Source: Candidatus Levyibacteriota bacterium (GTDB lineage Bacteria > Patescibacteriota > Microgenomatia > Levybacterales > UBA12049). From it: a stretch of 64,000 nt of DNA. The notes beneath the pieces were generated by a model, which saw only the letters and a program-made list of their open reading frames with translations, did no database searches and was not told the origin of the DNA. Position numbers and translations under genes: made by a program. Below are positions 59,875 to 64,000 of the stretch, piece after piece (within the stretch, counting starts at the first letter, position 1; the number at the start of each line of letters is the position of its first letter). The stretch covers positions 3,257 through 67,256 of the forward strand of contig JBPOIT010000013.1 of the NCBI GenBank assembly GCA_052034235.1. Direction: 5' to 3'.

Positions 59875-59903
59875 TTGACATTAATATTATTCTAATGTAT
59901 ATT
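59875..59903 (+). promoter_or_regulatory. Sigma70-type promoter of glnA
   Basis: TTGACA-17 nt-TATATT, followed by a short AU-rich leader with no SD. Confidence 0.65.
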
Positions 59904-59930
59904 TAAGTTAATAATAATATTTTTTAATCT

Positions 59931-61370
59931 ATGGATTCCCAAACAAAAACATTAGCATCATTCCTCGAAATACCATATGACAAGTTGGAAGAAATGAATC
60001 TTGATGTCATGGCAAAAGCAGAAACTCTTTCCCCCAAAGAACTCGAAAAAGAATTTACAACGTTTCTCAAAAAAGAAAAGGGCATAAAGGCTGTAACCGT
60101 ATGTTTCACCGATATTGAAGGCCGCTTCCATATGCTTGATTATGATAAGAAATTTTTACTTGATTCTTTAAGCAATTTAACGTTTGATGGATCTTCAATT
60201 CGAGGATTTTCAGCTCAATCAGAGTCCGATTTGCGACTTGATGTTGATTGGTCCAGTGTCAGATATTTACCGGCAGATGTCTTTGGACCTGGGAAAATAA
60301 TGGTTTTTGCATCGGTTCTCAATAGAGATCGCTCCCCGTATGAATCTGATTTTCGTGGTCAATTAAAACTGTACACCGAGCAGCTTAAGAAAAAAGACGG
60401 TTTGACGGCTTTTGCTTCACCTGAAATTGAAGGATTTTTAGTTGACGGTGTTAATGCTGAGCAGGATTACGCAATGAGTCATGGATTCAAACTTATCTCA
60501 ACGGGCGGATATTTCCATTCGCTCCCAATGGATAAACTTCGTACCTTTATCGATAAAGCAGCAGAAGTACAAAGAGCCCTCGGTTTCCGCAATGAAAAAG
60601 ATCATCCTGAAGTTGCTCCTTCACAATTTGAAATGAATTTCTCTTATTCAGAGATTGTCAGAGCAGCTGATCAGATCCAGTTATATAAACTCGTCTGCCG
60701 TCAGGTAGCACGAACAATGGGCATGACTGCAACCTTTTTACCTAAACCAGTAATCGGTATCAATGGTTCTGGAATGCATTCTAATTTCTCACTCGCTAAA
60801 AACGGCAAAAATATTTTCCATGATCCAAAAGGCCAGGAAGGACTTTCTGATGTCGCATGGGATTTAATCATGAAGCTTTTAAACCATGCACAAGAAATTT
60901 GTTTGATTATGAATTCATCAGTTAATGCATATAGAAGACTTGATCCGCACTTTGAAGCACCAAACCAAATCAAAGTTTCAGCACTCGACCGCGGATCAAT
61001 GATCAGAATTCCCGTCGGAAATGAAAAAACATCAAGAATTGAAATCCGCTCAGTTGCACCTGATGCCAATCCATATATGTGGTTTTATACCATCCTGCAA
61101 GTACATAAACACGGAACCAAACTGCAAAAGAATGAAGAAAAGCGCGACAGAATGCGTTTCCTTCCAGACAACATTAATGATGCAATTAGGCTTTTCAAAT
61201 CAAGTGACTTTATAACAACAATTCTCGGCGCACAGAATAAAGAAAAATATGCAGCATTTAAACAAGCAGCTGCCGACAGAAGTCCAAAGGCACTTGGAAC
61301 ACTCGTTAAAGATTCTGAAGTTATTTATCATCACGAAGTAACCAACCAAGTTCTTTGGAATAATTTCTAA
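59931..61370 (+). CDS. glnA: Glutamine synthetase type I
   Basis: FTDIEG, FDGSSIRGF..ESD, PEIEGF, HPEVAPSQFE, ATFLPKP..NGSGMH, NAYRRL.P.FEAP, RGSMIRIP, RIEIRS.APDANPY. Confidence 0.93.
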   Translation: MDSQTKTLASFLEIPYDKLEEMNLDVMAKAETLSPKELEKEFTTFLKKEKGIKAVTVCFTDIEGRFHMLDYDKKFLLDSLSNLTFDGSSIRGFSAQSESDLRLDVDWSSVRYLPADVFGPGKIMVFASVLNRDRSPYESDFRGQLKLYTEQLKKKDGLTAFASPEIEGFLVDGVNAEQDYAMSHGFKLISTGGYFHSLPMDKLRTFIDKAAEVQRALGFRNEKDHPEVAPSQFEMNFSYSEIVRAADQIQLYKLVCRQVARTMGMTATFLPKPVIGINGSGMHSNFSLAKNGKNIFHDPKGQEGLSDVAWDLIMKLLNHAQEICLIMNSSVNAYRRLDPHFEAPNQIKVSALDRGSMIRIPVGNEKTSRIEIRSVAPDANPYMWFYTILQVHKHGTKLQKNEEKRDRMRFLPDNINDAIRLFKSSDFITTILGAQNKEKYAAFKQAAADRSPKALGTLVKDSEVIYHHEVTNQVLWNNF

Positions 61371-61375
61371 GTAGC

Positions 61376-61433
61376 ATCGTCATTCGCACTTACAGCTAAA
61401 TTACCTAAGTATGAGTGGCGATTCTTTGTTTTT
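61376..61433 (+). terminator. Long hairpin with U-rich tail between glnA and aspA
   Basis: AUCGUCAUUCGCACUUA pairs with UAAGUAUGAGUGGCGAU (several G-U pairs, one mismatch), followed by UCUUUGUUUUU. Confidence 0.55.
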
Positions 61434-61436
61434 ACA

Positions 61437-62747
61437 ATGAAAAACAGACGAACATATTATTCGTATCAGACAAAACTAGCACACGAAAACTTCCCCTTCA
61501 CCTCGACTCCTGCGCACAAAGACATCCTCATCGCGATGGCCGATATTAAAGAAGCCGCAGCCTTTGCCCATATGAATACCGGCGAAATGGATGAAGACAT
61601 CGCATTTGCTATCATCAAAGCCGCACGCGAAGTCAGAAAAGGAAATTTTGATGATCAATTTACCCTTCCGGGTCTTCAGGGTGGTGCCGGTACATCAATT
61701 CACATGAATCTCAATGAGGTCATCGCCGCAAGAGCAACTGAGATACTTATGAATAAGGGTATCAATAAAACAGTTCACCCAAATGATCATGTCAACAAAA
61801 GCCAATCAACAAATGATGTCGGGCCGTCAGCATTAAAAATCGCCAGTGCGCGTCTTGCCAAAACTCTTTTACAAACGTTAAATGAAACGACTAGTGTGTT
61901 TGAAGAAAAACAAAACCAATTTCGTCACATTGCCAAACTCGGCAGAACCCATCTGCAGGATGCAGTTCCGACGACATTGGGTGAAGAATTTGGTTCGTAT
62001 ACCGCAACCATTCAACGCGGCAGGACAAGAATTGAAAGTGTTCTCCCCTACCTTTACGAATTAAACATCGGCGGCACTGCAATTGGTAATTGCGTCAATG
62101 CATCATTTGCCTACAGACAAGAGGTCTACAAAGCACTTAAACGCATTACCAAACTGCCAGTTAAGCCGGCACCAAATCTTATGTCACAAACAAGTTCACA
62201 AACTGATTTTGTCTTTCTTTCACAAGCACTGACATCAGTGATGGCAGATTTATCAAAAATTGCCAACGATTTTCGTTTGATGACAAGTGGACCAAACGGC
62301 GGGCTTGGAGAGATACGAATTAAGGAACTACAACCTGGTTCATCAATTATGCCAGGCAAAGCAAATCCTATCCTTCCGGAATCTATCAATCAGGCGTACT
62401 TTTTTATATCCGGCAACAACCTCACCATCGAAATGGCTGCACAAGCAGCACAACTTGAGTTGGGTGTTATGATTCCAGTTATTGCTGACAGACTTATTGC
62501 CTCCATGCAGCTGGCAGATGAAGTCATAGAAGTCTTCACGAAGAAGTGTGTCAAAATCATTGAAGCAAATGAAGAACGCTGTAAAGAGCTTTTAGAAAAT
62601 TCAACTGCGTACGCAACAATGCTTACACCCAAACTCGGCTATGAACAGGTGAGCAAAATGGTTAAAGCGTCGAGAGAAAATACTACCGCTCTTTCGGATA
62701 TTCGGGAACATGCAAACTACGGCAATTTTGTAATAAAACAGAAATAA
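61437..62747 (+). CDS. aspA: Aspartate ammonia-lyase (fumarase/aspartase superfamily)
   Basis: LQGGAGTS..MN.NEVIA (AspA-type, not FumC WQTGSGT), HPNDHVNKSQSTND, GRTHLQDA, GGTAIG, QPGSSIMPGKANP; both termini somewhat short. Confidence 0.82.
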   Translation: MKNRRTYYSYQTKLAHENFPFTSTPAHKDILIAMADIKEAAAFAHMNTGEMDEDIAFAIIKAAREVRKGNFDDQFTLPGLQGGAGTSIHMNLNEVIAARATEILMNKGINKTVHPNDHVNKSQSTNDVGPSALKIASARLAKTLLQTLNETTSVFEEKQNQFRHIAKLGRTHLQDAVPTTLGEEFGSYTATIQRGRTRIESVLPYLYELNIGGTAIGNCVNASFAYRQEVYKALKRITKLPVKPAPNLMSQTSSQTDFVFLSQALTSVMADLSKIANDFRLMTSGPNGGLGEIRIKELQPGSSIMPGKANPILPESINQAYFFISGNNLTIEMAAQAAQLELGVMIPVIADRLIASMQLADEVIEVFTKKCVKIIEANEERCKELLENSTAYATMLTPKLGYEQVSKMVKASRENTTALSDIREHANYGNFVIKQK

Positions 62748-62797
62748 TCTCCCAAAGAGTCTTGCGAAAAACCTCAATTGTGTTATATTTTAAGTAC

Positions 62798-63385
62798 ATG
62801 ACGATCCGTTCATTTATAAAATCACTTCCAGCTGTTCTTGTCGTTTTTCTTCTCGCACCTTCTCCTGCAAGTGCACATGTGATCGGCGGCAACGGTTTTG
62901 CAAGCGGGATAACACATCCACTCCTTGGTTTGGATCATCTTCTTGCCATGATTGCTGTCGGCATAATCGCAGTTCAGTCAGGAGGCAGAGCTGTGTGGTC
63001 AGTGCCTCTGGCATTTGTATCAGCGATGATTTTGGGAGGCATACTAGGAATGGCCGGCGTGCAGCTTCCCTTTGTTGAAACCGGCATTGCGTTTTCACTG
63101 TTAGTATTTGGAAGCCTTATCGCAGTTTCTAAAAAACTCCCAACGAGTTTGGCAATCGTTTGTGTATCGCTCTTTGCCCTTTTCCATGGTCATGCACACG
63201 GGACGGAAATGACTGCAGCTTCCAATCCTGTTTTGTTTACAACAGGTTTTATTCTCTCAACAGCTGCTCTTCATAGCGCTGGTATCTTGGCAGGCTTATC
63301 TGCGAAACGCGCATCATTTTCTTTACACGTTCTAAAAGCCTCAGGCGTCGCGATGAGTGTCGCCGGAGTTGTTTTCTTCATATAG
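62798..63385 (+). CDS. HupE/UreJ family Ni/Co transporter
   Basis: Signal peptide ending ASAH, GF.SG..HPLLGLDHLLAMIAVG, VETGIA.S, FHGHAHGTE, LH.AG. Start set at ATG 62798. Confidence 0.92.
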   Translation: MTIRSFIKSLPAVLVVFLLAPSPASAHVIGGNGFASGITHPLLGLDHLLAMIAVGIIAVQSGGRAVWSVPLAFVSAMILGGILGMAGVQLPFVETGIAFSLLVFGSLIAVSKKLPTSLAIVCVSLFALFHGHAHGTEMTAASNPVLFTTGFILSTAALHSAGILAGLSAKRASFSLHVLKASGVAMSVAGVVFFI

Positions 63386-63394
63386 ATTGTAAAC

Positions 63395-63429
63395 TTGACA
63401 CATACCCCCTATAGGTATATTATAACTTC
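63395..63429 (+). promoter_or_regulatory. Leaderless promoter with a CsoR/RcnR-type operator
   Basis: TTGACA-17 nt-TATTAT-6 nt-ATG; the spacer contains ATACC-CCCTATA-GGTAT (63402-63418), an inverted repeat flanking a C-tract as in CsoR-family operators. Confidence 0.8.
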
Positions 63430-63705
63430 ATGAAATCACATTACGAAGACGTCAAAGTCCATGCACAAAAGCGTATCAATATAATAAAAGGCCAACTAGA
63501 TGGCCTGCAAAAGATGATTGAGCAGGACGAATACTGCGTCGATCTTCTCACCCAAAGCCTCGCCATCCAAAGCTCTCTCAAAAGCCTTGACGGCGTCCTT
63601 CTTGAAAGGCATCTCAGAACGCATGTTGTTGAAATGATAAAAAACGGAGAAGAAGAAAAAGCAGTCGAAGAGTTGCTAAAGTTATTCAAACGCAGTGGAA
63701 AATAA
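63430..63705 (+). CDS. CsoR/RcnR-family metal-sensing repressor
   Basis: KRINIIKGQLDGLQKMIE..YCVDLLTQ..A...L...LLERHLRTHV; ligand fingerprint H4-C36-H61-H65. Confidence 0.92.
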   Translation: MKSHYEDVKVHAQKRINIIKGQLDGLQKMIEQDEYCVDLLTQSLAIQSSLKSLDGVLLERHLRTHVVEMIKNGEEEKAVEELLKLFKRSGK

Positions 63706-63706
63706 T

Positions 63707-64000
63707 ATGAAGAAAAATCTTTCTCTTGCCCTCATTATTATCACAATCGCAATAGTCGCGTCGACAGGCATTGCATGGTTTGTCTCAAGTAGTATCGTCA
63801 AACAAACACAAAATAGTAATACCCAATCAGGACAAATGCCCAAAATGATGATGGATCATAGCGAGCATGCCGCGATGGTAACTGATGATAAGTCATTTAT
63901 CCTCAGTATGGTTCCCCACCATGAAGAAGCTGTTACCAGTTCACAAGAACTCCTCAAAGTCGCCACAACCCCGGAAGTCATATCTCTAGCAAAGAATATA
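63707..64000 (+). CDS. DUF305 (CopM-like) exported metal-binding protein, 3' end outside window
   Basis: Not in the ORF track; translated by hand: MKKNLSLALIIITIAIVASTGIAWF...MPKMMMDHSEHAAMVTDDKSFILSMVPHHEEAV...LAKNI. N-terminal TM, Met/His-rich linker, F..SM.PHH..A motif. Confidence 0.8.
   Translation, partial: MKKNLSLALIIITIAIVASTGIAWFVSSSIVKQTQNSNTQSGQMPKMMMDHSEHAAMVTDDKSFILSMVPHHEEAVTSSQELLKVATTPEVISLAKNI

Noticed and set aside
59764-59930. GlnR/TnrA or NtrC/sigma54 site upstream of glnA
   Set aside because: No TGTNA-N7-TNACA or GG-N10-GC promoter match found by eye.
465-63689. The many 60-160 aa antisense or alternate-frame ORFs in the track (e.g. 5430-5777, 32989-33441, 48872-49360, 49467-49934, 60701-61069)
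   Set aside because: They lie within well-supported genes and show no recognisable motifs; treated as shadow ORFs.
1-64000. Stop-codon reassignment (code 25 or 4)
   Set aside because: Long genes are intact under code 11 and several end in TGA in ATGA overlaps (e.g. 15731-15734).
1-64000. CRISPR array, tRNA/rRNA, IS element, integrase, prophage or diversity-generating retroelement
   Set aside because: No spaced direct repeats, cloverleafs, transposase/integrase/RT motifs or near-identical TR/VR pairs were seen; intergenic gaps are too short apart from the T-box leader and the glnA promoter region.

Overview
AT-rich bacterial DNA in standard genetic code 11. It is most consistent with a CPR/Patescibacteria (Microgenomates-like) genome; this is an inference from the DUF5652-like gene, the glycosyltransferase arsenal and the near absence of Shine-Dalgarno sites. 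About 59 kb (560-59763) is one large, mostly minus-strand cell-envelope glycosylation region. It holds about 17 multi-pass GT-C-type proteins (PMT/ArnT-, YfhO-, AftD- and MptB-like, one fused to an O-antigen-ligase-like domain), 10 GT2 and 8 GT4 genes, two Wzx/MOP flippases, galE, and nucleotide-sugar enzymes (ColD-like 3-dehydratase, Fcl-like, GDP-mannose 3,5-epimerase-like, and an FdtABC/WxcM-like trio). The standout element sits inside this region: a histidine T-box riboswitch (49897-50119, minus strand). It has an ultrashort actinobacterial-ileS-type Stem I carrying a CAC specifier, a UGGG bulge matching tRNA-His C73, and a transcription terminator, and it lies upstream of a lone, divergent short-form hisG. 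At least 13 genes have a -10 hexamer 6-8 nt before the ATG, which points to leaderless mRNAs. The window starts with a partial secreted delta-60-repeat gene and ends with glnA, aspA, HupE/UreJ, a CsoR/RcnR-family repressor with its operator, and a partial DUF305 gene. No tRNA, rRNA, CRISPR array or mobile element was seen. All family assignments come from motif recognition by eye, not from database searches.
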